Shown here one piece after another: positions 51,381 to 64,000 of a DNA stretch of 64,000 nucleotides. The notes below the pieces were generated by a model. It was given only the letters and a program-made list of their open reading frames with translations, was not told where the DNA came from and ran no database searches. A program made the position numbers and the translations under genes. This DNA comes from Ylistrum balloti (lineage: Eukaryota). The first letter of the stretch is position 1. Every line of letters starts with the position of its first letter. Location of the stretch: positions 310,001-374,000 of the forward strand of contig NW_026781863.1 in NCBI RefSeq assembly GCF_031769215.1. The letters are read 5' to 3'.

Positions 51381-54300
51381 ATGGAGATATCAGTGTTGAT
51401 CCTGATCATCACGTCTTTACTGAGAGGTAAGACTGTACAAATACACGTTCAATTATCTTCAATTACGTTTAATTGATTTTCGCATTTGTAAATGTGTGAG
51501 CAGCTATTTTGAATGATAGCAAAGCTATGCGAATCGATTGCATATTCTATTTCACAAAGGCTGTGTATCCATAACCAAATTTGTTTGAGAAATATTATCA
51601 TTCGGGTTGAATTAATATTTAACAGTCTGAACAGCTGGTAACAAAAAACCACCAGAACTGCAATAAGTGAGCTAATATATGGAAGTATATTTAACACAGA
51701 CAGCATGTAATATTTACATTCTGTGTGTTGACAGATGGTATCGGTATTAGAATAAATCCTTTATAACTTGATAAATTGACTTAGTCACAGTTTTTGAAAT
51801 CAAATTTGAATTATAACAGTTGCTAAAGATCGGTAGCTAAGATTGTTGATGTCAATATATTCCTGGTGACAAATAACTAGTCAGGAAGTCTATAGGGACA
51901 CCACTCTATCTTTCTGTCACACATTTATACAGACAATGCAATCCGACAAGACCTTTTTTGAAATGTTATCTTGGGTCGGAAGATATGTCTGATTTTTATT
52001 TGAAAGTAATGTGAAACATGGGGTCTTAAATCAATTAAACATCTTTTAAAATATGATACCATAGAAAGGAATCATTACGGATGTATTCAGTATATGAAGC
52101 ACCATATAAATATAACTTTAGCCTTATCTGCTTATCTTACCTCTTATATGTATGTACATCATCAATTAATCAGTCGTGCTTGAAACTTGTTTGGTCAAAA
52201 CAGTTTTTAATATCATCAAATTTCTCTACCAGTATTTTGGTAAGACTTTTTTTCATGTTATTTGTAAGGTATATTTTTGCGTGCTCTACTTAAATTATGT
52301 AAATATAGATTTATATTGTACATGTACGTTTACGCGAACATATTAATGAAATATACATATTAGTCATTTCTGAAGATCATCATTATTACAAATGGTCCTT
52401 GATTGTTTCTTGTCGTCTGTCTTTATTACCTATGTTGTGAAACGTGAAACTCAGGTGAGTGCATTCAACCGATTTTGTTGTGGTAGGCATGCCTACAATT
52501 GTGCTCAATAATCGATTTTTCAATATCTTTTTTTAACTTGTTGAATTGAAGTAAATGTGTCTTAACAAGCATGAACGTTTCATATTTAGTAAACTTTTAA
52601 TTTATGAATCATGCTTTGTTTCTATTTTCTCCATTCCTATAAATTTGATATGACTGACAGAGTTGGTAAAACGTTTAACTCCTTACTTCTACACCTGTAC
52701 ATGTTTATAGTTGCTGCTGAATTTGTTGTATTGATAAACTGTTTTAAATCGATTGATCTGGTCATTATTAATGTATATCTTGTCCTCAGATCGCTATGTA
52801 TGAAACCCTTACGACTACAACGTGCTGAAAATAACATACATATGATATTTTATACATGGATATTGAGGTAGAGTCGAATCTATGGGATGACTGATTTTCA
52901 TCATTGGAATTGGTTCTTTCTCCATTTATTTGGGTCACCATGACGGCAAATATATCTCTTGACTGTGACACGTGTATCTTACGTATGGAGCTGGTTACAA
53001 TTTGTTTTGTTTTTAGTTTGCCATTTAATAGCATCGATTACTGCAAACTACAGTTTGGATCGAGATGAATGATTTTTTACTTAAATTTGAATATAAAATT
53101 TAAACAATTTTGTATCAACACGAAATGTTATGTTACATGTCTGATTTAACATATTTTTTGTAGTTTTCTTTTACTTGTAATGGTGAAATGGCATAATAAC
53201 ATTCCAACGTATATCAGAAATTGGAATCTGCATATTTCACTGCAATTAGGGGATACATAGGTATCTCATCAATATACAAATAAATATATATATAAATATA
53301 CAAGTTTGTAAATGATTCCATTTCAAAATTTAAAAGAAAAATACATCAAAAGATTCAAAATGAACTGCAAATCAAGTTATTTATAATCTCAATCCAGAAA
53401 ATATTAGTAGGTATGTTTGTTTACCTGGTATTTGATAGTGCATTATTTCACAGAAGTTAATAACATCTGATAAATGTTTCATTTTAATATCTCATAGCTC
53501 ATCAGGGCTTATGAATAATGTTCTTTATAGACAACAAAACATAAAACTGTTTTAAATAGCTTCATATCTACTGCAAATAAAATTCGCTATGCTTATTCAG
53601 ACCAGAGTGTGTATATATTTGAAAGGTTGGTTTTCTGTTTAAAGTGTTTTATAAATTAACAAACGAGACAAGATCCATTTTACATCATATTCACAGTAGA
53701 ATTCACAGTAGATTGCAGTAGAAGAAATAATACTTACTATACAACATACATTAGAAGCTACTGTACATAAATTTTAGGATCATTGTCAGTACGAATAGAA
53801 AGAAAAAGAAAATTTCAGAATTCATTATTAGACAATCAATGACTTTTTAACTTAGCGAAAGCAGCTCTCATGTCACGAGAAGCATATCCGGCGTTTCTTT
53901 AAGACATCTTGTGTTTAAGTGGCACCATGCGCAAAGCAGTGTAAACAAGATGCCGGAGACGACAACAATCTTGTAACACTAAAAATATACTAAAATATTT
54001 TCTACTCGAAAGTGATTGATTTGGATTTTTGAGTTCATCATGCAATAACAGATCATTTGGTTATGTTTAAATGCCCAAAAGGACTACAAAAATACCCGTC
54101 GCAGTTAGATGTTGTTGATATATTTCATTCGCAAGGGTTGACTGACACTTTTCCCGTAAAATATATCAATTTTTGTACGAACGGCATTGATTTGGTTAGC
54201 TCCACGTTACATTCCGCGTGTCGTCTATGGAGCAGAGGATGGTTATCCTTCCAGTTCACCTGTCGTTTACATCAATACAGTGACATCAGCTCAGTATGAC

Positions 54301-57031
54301 CAATAGAGTTAGGTTAGATTATATAACTGTTTTTGTTCCAATTATTTTCAGTTGGAAAGGCTCTTTACACAGATCTGGTTCTCAGCCCGAATGCATTGAC
54401 TTGGAGTAAGTCCGAAACATATTGTCAGAAGCAAAATGGCCGACTTCTCGTGTTGGATAGTAAGGAGAAATGGGACCAATTCACCTCTCATGAGAACTAT
54501 AGGAAAAACAACATGTAAGACTGATTACAGACAAAAATTATCGACTTTAATATTCCCTTATTGAACATATTATTTAAGGGGTGAAAATGTGTGAAGGTTG
54601 ATACAATTCAATCCGTTTCGCGGAAGATCATTTTTACCTTTACAAACTAGTACAAATTCAGACCTTTTAGAAATGAAAATTAATACAAACAGTAAGACTT
54701 GACATTGTAAAACATGAACCTTATGTAGATAAATCTATGATGTTATATTATTAAAGTCACCGAGACGATGTCTTACTAATGAATCAGGGCATGATTCATT
54801 TGAACGCTTGTAATGTTTATATTATCTACCATTAATTTCAAGCGTCATTGGTTCGTATTGGACTGGTATGAAGTTTGCTGACACTGTTAAGTGTGATAAG
54901 GCCAAGGAACATAAGATATGGCTGTTTAATGGTTGGGGTAGATGGGCCAGCGAAAGCTCGGAGCCCAACTATTGCCCACAGCAGCGCTGTGTTAAACTGC
55001 ATAACAACGAAATGTACTCAGCCTTGTGTGATCAGCTATTTCTAGCTATATGTGAGATAGGTAAGCATTGGTTGAAACATTTAACTTCTTTAAGGTTGTA
55101 TTCTTTGGTAACATGCAAAATTTCTATGTGATGGTCAGTCCTTGAGATGGATATAACACTTAATGGTGGCATGATAACATCGTAATACAATACTTTATAT
55201 CTACATCAGTGTTAGTCATATTCTTATTATTACCAATCGTCATCATTCTGGGCAAAGAAAGTTTGCATTCTTGGTCGACCTTGGCAAAGTTACAAGTTTG
55301 CATACCTGGTCGACCTTGTCAAAGTTACAAGTTTGCATTCTTGGTTGACCTTGTCCAAGTTAAAAGTTTGCATACCTGGTCGACCGTACCATAGTTTTAT
55401 CGATGCGGTGCGCCAGATTGTATAGAGACCTGTGTGGTAATTATTCTGCAAACCCTCTCCTACCCCTTCAAGGACGCAGATCTTCTTTTATATCCTGATA
55501 GACTTCAAAGAACCTTTAGCATCGCTGATGAGTCATAGAAATTTTAAAACGCAATATTGTGAATTTAACTTCATTGTTTAGCTCTACTTTTCCTAATTCG
55601 TTATGTATGTTGAAAGGTGCTGATTACTTGTGTGTTTTCTTAAAATCTTCGTTAGAGATCGACTATGCCTTAACGTATGTGTGTACAATGGCCACATTCC
55701 CCAACTTCAATATATACATTGTTTAGTTATACTGATTGTTAACAGATTTATTTTATTTCAATATTCATTCAAACTTTGACTAAATGCATTTACTGCAATA
55801 ATACGTCACTGAGCATCCGTTTAAAGCGACTGGTAACATTTAAACAGGAGACAGGAACTATACAATAGGGTCTCCTTAGTGACGTGTTTAAGGCTCTCGG
55901 TAAACATTGGCTTTAAATTGAATTAAAAGATATAGTTTGATTTAATTGGATAAGAAAATCTTATCAAGTAAATCGTTTACATTACAATCATGCTATGACC
56001 TAAATGCTAGTGTTATTTTGTTTGTGTATGTAAACAGCCTTAAGATACCAATAATTTGAATAATTAATTGTTTCTGATGGAAACGTCAAGGTTTTAAGTG
56101 AAATATTTGAAGTTATTTACTTACACTTTAAATGTATATGATTTCGTGATAATCATTTCTAGCGCTAAGTGACGCTTTTGTACTTTGTTTTTTCACAGAT
56201 ATCACTAATGATGCGTGAATTCATCATTTCCCTATTTTGTCAAAACGTGGTAATCCGGTAAAATCTTATTTCGCTTGATAAAGAATACTAGACACTTTTA
56301 AAGTTCAATATATAACCCAGCATTACAATTTTATACAATGATAAAACAACGCACTCTCCTTTTCAGTGTTGGTTCGATCGACGGCGGAATTATCTACAAC
56401 TCATAGTCAATCAACAACTAAAGTGTCTTCTACTGTACCAAGTACTCCAACATCCACACCGCATGGAACTGGTGACAACTCTGTGGTGTCGTCTACAACT
56501 CTCAAGTCACAAGAAACTAATACGACGGCACCTGCTTCGGCAACTTCATCCACATCTGGCGCAGAAAACATGACGTCATCTATTCCAGTAACCACGACTG
56601 ACGCAGAAACTATGACGTCATCTATTCTAGTAACTACATCCACGACTGGCACAGAAAAGACGACGAAACCTATTTCAACAACACCTGCAACAACAGTGTT
56701 GCCGGTTTCCTCTGAAGCCGTAAATGACTCGTGTAGACAATGTTGTTTCGTGGTAAACAAGACAAGGGCACTGAATGAACAGGAAAAAGAGGTGATACGA
56801 CACGAGTTACGGGTTCAGTTAGCTGTAAATAAAACCATCCTTTCTTCTTATATTCGTAAACTCACCAGTGTGTATGACTCCCGGCCCAGCAGTGTAGCTA
56901 TTGGAGGCGTGGCTTGTGTATTCCTCGCGGCGGTTGTCGGGGTGATCATTATTCCGGACTGCGTCACTCTTTTCAGATTTCTCTACAGATATGTAGGATC
57001 AGATCAAGTTATTTCTGGTATCAATCAGTAA
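51381..57031 (+). CDS. Lectin gene C: type-I membrane C-type lectin with one CTLD, mucin-like stalk and TM (363 aa)
   Basis: Exons 51381-51426 (MEISVLILIITSLLR), 54352-54514, 54843-55060, 56367-57031. Phases 1-2-1, total 1092 nt, open frame; WTGM and EPN motifs. Confidence 0.85.
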
Positions 57032-57738
57032 TCAACGTGATTGATTTCCTTTTGAAATGACTTCGGGTTCTTATTAATTAATATAGATTCAGTTCTATGG
57101 AATGCGATTGAAAATTTTCTTAACAGGAATACCACTAATAAACCTGGAAGGGTTTATCAATATTACAGCAAATAAGAATAAACTTATTTCGTAACAAAGA
57201 GATAAAATATCATAATATCAACATAAAAAATAGAAAAGGAATAATAGATAAATTAAAGTAGATAATGTATATGTTTTCCGGATATTTAATAAGGTATACC
57301 TTATATTATACTTGTTGATATGCTAAAGTTACAAAAAAGTATGTTTTTTTTTACTTCAGATGTATTCCAGTGCAAAACTTTCTGTGCTAACTTTACTTGA
57401 TATAAATAATCTTATAAAGACCTAAATCTCCGTAAAATCTTACTTCGTCTTAAACATCGACTTACTATGCAATAGGTCGTATAGGCAATAAACCAACATT
57501 TTTTCGCACGAAGTTTTCAAAGTTCTAAATATAATATTGTATCGCAATTTTTCTGTTAGGATAGCAAAATATTGGAGACATGAGCACGAAAGATGGATAA
57601 ACACAAATCACTCTGTCTCTGATAACATATTTTGAGAAAGATAAAACTCACGAGCTTTATCGTAAAAAATAGTTTGATGAACCCCGATATCTCATGGTCC
57701 TTTTTATTGTATTTAAAGTATAAGATGCACATTTCACA

Positions 57739-58580
57739 CTGTGAAAACATGACACCTTCAAAAACATCATGTCTGACAATACACCTCCAACATCTGGTCC
57801 CCTCAAGGAGGTTGTCCGATTTAAGGGTCATGACAAATGTTTCAGCCACAAGCTGAAGGATGTAGGTTTTGCATCTAACATTAAATATGACGTCCATGTG
57901 ACGGAAAACATCTGATGATAACAAGACTTCTATCCATCCTCAGCCTCCTTATAAACTACTTGACCAGAAACTGTGTCAGTATGTCCAACAATACAAGGTT
58001 ATATGTGGAGAATGAAAAAAATCCTATAGAATGCGATTCTGTGACACCGCAAAGGTAAAATTATATAAATGGTAGTATTTAAGAGGCGTGTCCAAGATAT
58101 GTGAATGTCCCCAGCCAGTGATATCTAGTTATGAAATGAAGACATCAACATCAGTGCAACGAAATACGAAACACCTGACTGTCGCACATTTAAAGCAAAC
58201 TACACCGCGGCCTGGCTGTGTATGAGTTCACTGGGCAGACTGACGGTTACACAGACACCGGGTCTGTAGTGTGCAACACCACTAATGAGGAGGAACATAG
58301 TGATGCCACTGAAAGTGTCGCTGTTTTCAGATACTGAGAAACATAGCACTGGCATATGATAAAGGCTTAAGAGACGAATGAGTATCTACGTGTATAAGAA
58401 AACATTCAACAGACCTGATCCTTCATCGTCATATTGTATTGTTATCAATGGAAGTTCACGTCACTTTAGTCTACGATTTTATTGAATATTCGATGATAAA
58501 TGACACAATAGAGTTGATAAGCGGATTATGCCAGTTTATAATAAACTCTTAACAATGCTGCGGACTTTGCAACAGCTCAA
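57739..58580 (+). pseudogene. Decayed TRIM-like relic (unit 3)
   Basis: Copy of 35950-36790. Confidence 0.7.
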
Positions 58581-59694
58581 ATACATACGAGTAAAATATA
58601 ACATTTTCATAATTACAAAAGAGCGTGTACTTTGGTGTAGTGACTATCAAATCAGTGGTTGAGGTTAACATTACATAAGATAATATTCGAAATTCAACTA
58701 GATATACCAACAGTTCAACATATTCATAATCTGAAACTTGATAAACCTAGGGCAAAATATAAACAAAGGAAAGATTTTGAGAAAAAATTCAGGTAAAATA
58801 CGTTATTGGTCTAAATAATTAATGTAGCAACTCACTTTCCCAACTCTGTTCATAAGAGCATCTGATCAAAAGGGAAAAGGAAACTTGGATTCCGTTTCTC
58901 TCATAACAAAAATAACGAAAAATGAATACGAAGACACAGAAAACATTAAAGATTGAATCTTGCTGATGTCGATTTCATGGGATGATGAATTGAGTTGGCC
59001 TCGAGACAAATTTAATGAACTGCGAAGTTGGGGAGTTTTCTCCCCTTACGTAATATTTGTATTCATACGCACTAGCAATGTTAATCTGGTCAAATTCATC
59101 GGTAAATGAAACAGATCACATTTAGTAGTTTCATTGAGTCTGATTTGGGAAGTGAAATATTACATATTGAATCTTCAAGGGTTTTCACATCAGTTGTTGT
59201 TTTGTTATTATTTATATCGAAATATTATAGTTGTTGAACTCTCAATGAACAAATGAGACACCAACCAGTTCACGAACGTTGGACAGTTACAATTAGATGA
59301 CGGAGGCTGATAAAATTGCTGTAAGATTTGAACAGAATCACATTTGTCATTTTTTATTATTAAAGTAGAAGCCCAATTATATGAAGGGTTGCTGATTTTT
59401 TAGCTGAAATATTTTCAGAATGAACCATTTTAAAAGGTGCCATTGACTTGTATGTCTTTTGAGCAATCTTTGATATTTCAATGGACCAAATAGGACATCA
59501 GTCTGTTTGTGGTCAAAGTTAAAAGTTATGCCACTTAATAACGTCACTTAATTTCGTAAATAGTGTTTTCCTTTACTTATCAGTATAAGAGAACTATGTG
59601 ATAAAGACAAGAAGAACATATGAATATTGTAATCCCAAACTCCAAAGCGGGGAGTCAAGGACTCGTTTAGAATAGAAAAGAATATTAGTGTCAA

Positions 59695-59927
59695 AGTCTA
59701 GCTCTGCAATCAACAAACTATATATGGGAAAAACAGCAACCTGTCGCAGAATTCTAAGTAGGTCGCAAGATTTGGTGAATGCATAGCAGAATCCAAAGGT
59801 GAAATCATTTTCGGTAATAGAGAAATGTTGACGTCAGTTGAGACCATGCTACACAAGACAAAAAAAGGCCCAGAAAAGAAATTGGTGACCCAATGAAGAT
59901 AACTAAAAACCCTGTTACCATTAACAG
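59695..59927 (+). pseudogene. TRIM-like gene fragment (unit 3)
   Basis: Copy of 37873-38105. Confidence 0.85.
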
Positions 59928-60614
59928 CCGGTAAATCTAATTCATCCAGCATCGCAGTTCCGGCACGAGTAGTGACCGATATAATATATGAAAAATATAT
60001 TTTTTAAAAAAATAGGCGAACAATGAGTGAAATTGTGTCATATTGGTATCTAAGATTTGCTTGTGGTGCTAGGCTCAGATACCTATTGAATACTGAAGAA
60101 GATTGATATTGGCCGAACTCAATGTTGATAGAAAATTCAGACTGTTAGCATCACTGACGAGTCTTGTAGGGAAGAAAAAAACATTATTCAGGTAAATCCC
60201 ATGTATGGCTTTACTGTATTTAAAACCAAATTTGAATTAAAGGGTATATGCACTAAAGATGTATGTCTTTAGTACAATCTTCGAGACTGCAGGTGGTAGA
60301 TATCGCTGGTGGGCTTTCCCCCTCCGCTTTGCTGTTGCGTGACCTGCATGCCAGGTTTAATTCATTTAGATAGCGGCACAGGTCAGAATATACACATCAA
60401 ATTGACGTTGTTCTAAACTTATCAGATATGATAACTTCTCGTTGTTAATATTCTGATCTACACATCCACACTTATGGATGTTAAATATAACTGGAGGTTG
60501 GCGAAGCAAAAATAAAATTTGAACAGTTTCATTTAACCAATAACAACACCCTTAAATTAGAGCAAAGCATAAGGTTAACGTCGACCAGAATTAAAACTTT
60601 TTTATCTTTTAAAA

Positions 60615-62027
60615 TATACTCAAGGGATAACGAAATGCAGGGCGACATTGTTTGCAATATCTTATCAATATACGCGTTGTTAAAAAACAACGAATATTGG
60701 TCAAACAGCTCTCTAGGTTACAGTTTCACGTGGTCCTGTATCGAATGTTGCATTATAGTATTGGGTGATGATGTCTTTCGGGGAAAACACGCAATGCGAA
60801 AAACGTCGTGCACAGCAGTGTTGTGACATTGAGTCACACTGCTCGTCATACCATTATGAGACAAATCATTTTCCGATGTCCTGATTAATTTCTGATAGCA
60901 TTTCACAAAATGGCACGCTTAACGGGAGTTCGAGGAGTCAGGCCATTGCGATAGTTATGCAAGGTCAAAGGAAAATGCAGGTTGTCAGACATTACGGTGT
61001 CCATATCTGCACTATAGGACGTCTTCTTAGACGTCTAAGGGAAACATGGCAAACTGCTAACAGACCTATGTCTGGGTGTCCGCGCATGACGTCACAACGT
61101 CACAACAAGACAGGTTTATTCGTCGTTTTTACACCTTTCTCCCACTGAATTTGCCCTTCATACAATAGGTACTCATAACCGTCCTGTCCATGCAAAAACT
61201 GTAAGGAAACGATTGCGGGAAGTTGGTCTGCGAAGATGATGATGATGATGATGAAAGTTTTTCGTCTCCTTGACTCTGTCCGTCGCCGGGTCAGCGGGTA
61301 CGTCACCCATTTATAGGTCTGCCCCTTACCGCGCCTCGTCGCCAGCGTCGTATGGCTTGAGTAGCGGCACATGCCCTTAGAATATTCCGATTGAGGCAGC
61401 GGAGGCAGGTCTTATGTAGTGTAGGGAGGAATATCACAAGGATTTAATCACCACTGGTTGTGAAAGCTGGTGATTTAACTACCGCGAAGTATAAAGATTA
61501 GATCCTACGACCCTATTTTGTCCCATTATTGCAGCAAAACAAACTCACATTCTAGCAGGATAATGCTCGGCCCCATGTAGCGAGGATCTGTCGCGACTTT
61601 CTCACTAACAACAATAACCACCCACGGCCCTATTCAATCCTACTGAGCACTTGTGGGACCAGCTTGATAGACAGGTACGATGATGCCAGCCCCCCCCCCC
61701 CCCCTTACTCTTGCCCAACTGTGAGCAGCCCTCTTGAAAGAAGGGACAAACATTCCAATGAAGAGGATAAACTCATCTATGATTTCCATAGGGGACATAC
61801 CCGGTATTGACCAGGCAGCATCTACTATCAGTCCATTGCTATTCAGATTCTTTCCATCAATTACTCCTATATCACTTACCAAATGAAAGTCGTTGATTTT
61901 TGATTTTGCAGTTTGTTCTGTATGGAATAAACTTCATTCTTACTTAAAAATATTGAACATTATACTCGACGTATTGCCTAAAATCATCTTCAAAGTTTAC
62001 CCTGCCTTTATTTATCACTTGCGTATA
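60615..62027 (+). mobile_element. Tc1/mariner fossil (unit 3)
   Basis: Copy of 38790-40222 with the shortest (GAT)n. Confidence 0.9.
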
Positions 62028-63118
62028 TATAGATGGATGACTATTTGCTGTTGACAAAGATGAAAATAGTCACATTATCACTATACGGATCCTAGAACTA
62101 CTAAATAAATAAGTCTCGGTTGTCCACATGACAAGGTCACACCGGGTATGATACTTAATGATTCATTAGAAAAGAGATGTTTTACGACGTCTTTTTTAGT
62201 ATTCGGAATCAATAACACCAAATGTTACTCCAAAGCACTAACGGACCAAATGGTACAGCGGATGTTACAAAATGCTTTAACTACACTGCGTTACAGAGGG
62301 TTTAACTACAAAAAGTCATAGTGGTTATACACTGGAATAATTATGATTATCATTAGTTGTAAAAGCGACAAACAGTAACAGTATATTTGTTAATCTTAAA
62401 ACTTTTGACATCGTCTTCTCATTAAGAATATTTTCTCTATTATAACATATGCTTTTACCGCTATGTACACTTCCATACTCCTTTCCAAACTATAGAATAA
62501 ACATTCGCGAATTTATTATGAGAGCTTTCACTTCAATGGTGAGCGGTGGTCAGATATATGTAGTTGTGTATTATACGTCCAATTAAGTCAATGAAATAAA
62601 ACGCGACTCTGTTGACAGGTTGACATTTTCTTAGCTTTGTTTTATATATATATATATATATATTTCGCTCTTTTCATCGATTTTGTTTGTATAACCTTTT
62701 TATTATTGAAATGTTGCTTTTTTAATAATTAAGATAAACTACTTTCTAGTCATTATTAATAATTAGCTATAAGATAGGGTCACATAACTGTTGCTAAATA
62801 TTTCATGTGGGTAGTCGTTATGTCTAAACATGGAGTTACATTTAGTTTACAAGGTAGTAAAATTCCAAAGGTATGACAAGGAATTATTCATAAACATGGA
62901 GGCCGCCTTTAAATGATTTTAACTGTTGATATGACATATATTATAATAAACCAAACCGGGTTGGAAGAGTCGCATCACAAACCTGAGATCATCACATAAG
63001 TTGATGTTTGGTGACGTCATCATCTGTGGAGGAATACATACTATAGATTGGTAGGATAAGGATGTCATAGATATGGAATAAAAATAAAAGACGTAGACAG
63101 ATGTCTGTTTAACTAGGA

Positions 63119-63164
63119 ATGGAGATATCAGTGTTGATCCTGATCATCACGTCTTTACTGAGAG
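63119..63164 (+). CDS. Lectin gene D, exon 1 (signal peptide); gene continues beyond the window
   Basis: atggagatatcagtgttgatcctgatcatcacgtctttactgagag/gtaaga, identical to exon 1 of genes B and C. Confidence 0.8.
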
Positions 63165-64000
63165 GTAAGACTGTACAAATACACGTTCAATTATCTTCAA
63201 TTACGTTTAATTGATTTTCGCATTTGTAAATGTGTGAGCAGCTATTTTGAATGATAGCAAAGCTATGCGAATCGATTGCATATTCTATTTCACAAAGGCT
63301 GTGTATCCATAACCACATTTGTTTGAGAAATATTATCATTCGGGTTGTATTTATATTTAACAGTCTGAACAGCTGGTAACAAAACCACCAGAACTGCAAT
63401 AAGTGAGCTAATATATGGAAGTATATTTAACACAGACAGCATGTAATATTTACATTCTGTGTGTTGACAGATGGTATCGGTATTAGAATAAATCCTTTAT
63501 AACTTGATAAATTGACTTAGTCACAGTTTTTGAAATCAAATTTGAATTATAACAGTTGCTAAAGATCGGTAGCTAAGATTGTTGATGTCAATATATTCCT
63601 GGTGACAAATAACTAGTCAGGAAGTCTATAGGGACACCACTCTATCTTTCTGTCACACATTTATACAGACAATGCAATCCGACAAGACCTTTTTTGAAAT
63701 GTTATCTTGGGTCGGAAGATATGTCTGATTTTTATTTGAAAGTAATGTGAAACATGGGGTCTTAAATCAATTAAACATCCTTTAAAATATGATACCATAG
63801 AAAGGAATCATTACGGATGTATTCAGTATATGAAGCACTATATAAATATAACTTTAGCCTTATCTGCTTATCTTACGTCTCATATGTATATACATCATCA
63901 ATTTATCAGTCGTGCTTGAAACTTGTTTGGTCAAAACAGTTTTTAATATCATCAAATTTCTCTACCAGTATTTTGGTAAGACTTTTTTTCATGTTATTTG

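Larger units (their letters stand above)
34575..64000 (+). repeat. ~10.9-kb tandem segmental duplication: units 34575-45465, 45466-56366, 56367-64000 (partial)
   Basis: Identical or near-identical ORFs recur at offsets of 10888 and 10901 (35767/46655/57556; 38810/49701/60635); small SNP and indel differences distinguish the units. Confidence 0.98.

Noticed and set aside
34575-64000. Whole array as a pure assembly artefact
   Set aside because: Three units with distinct and incongruent variants, including an 829-bp indel, cannot come from two alleles alone; not fully excluded for one unit without read data

Overview
AT-rich animal genomic DNA, most likely a mollusc and probably a bivalve. This is inferred from the repeat and gene families present. 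There is one assembly gap (N run 10175-10316). From left to right: (1) the last exons of an unidentified spliced gene (504-3980), whose introns hold two minisatellites and a foldback MITE; (2) a SINE and a HINE/Helentron-type element; (3) a 5'-truncated L2/CR1-type LINE; (4) an intact single-exon B-box/coiled-coil/beta-propeller (RING-less TRIM-like) ORF at 12721-14214; (5) a tandem family of type-I membrane C-type lectin genes (signal peptide, CTLD(s), Ser/Thr stalk, Cys/helical neck, TM, short tail), reconstructed by hand from splice sites and exon phases. Gene A has two CTLDs (488 aa). Gene B has one CTLD and a 2-bp frameshift. Gene C has one CTLD and an intact frame (363 aa). Only exon 1 of gene D is in the window. 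From 34575 to the end the DNA is a near-identical ~10.9-kb tandem repeat (2.7 units). Each unit carries decayed relics of the TRIM-like gene and a Tc1 fossil upstream of the lectin gene, so the duplicated unit appears to be a TRIM+lectin cassette. No rRNA, tRNA gene or CRISPR array is supported. All identity figures are by-eye estimates; no database search was possible.
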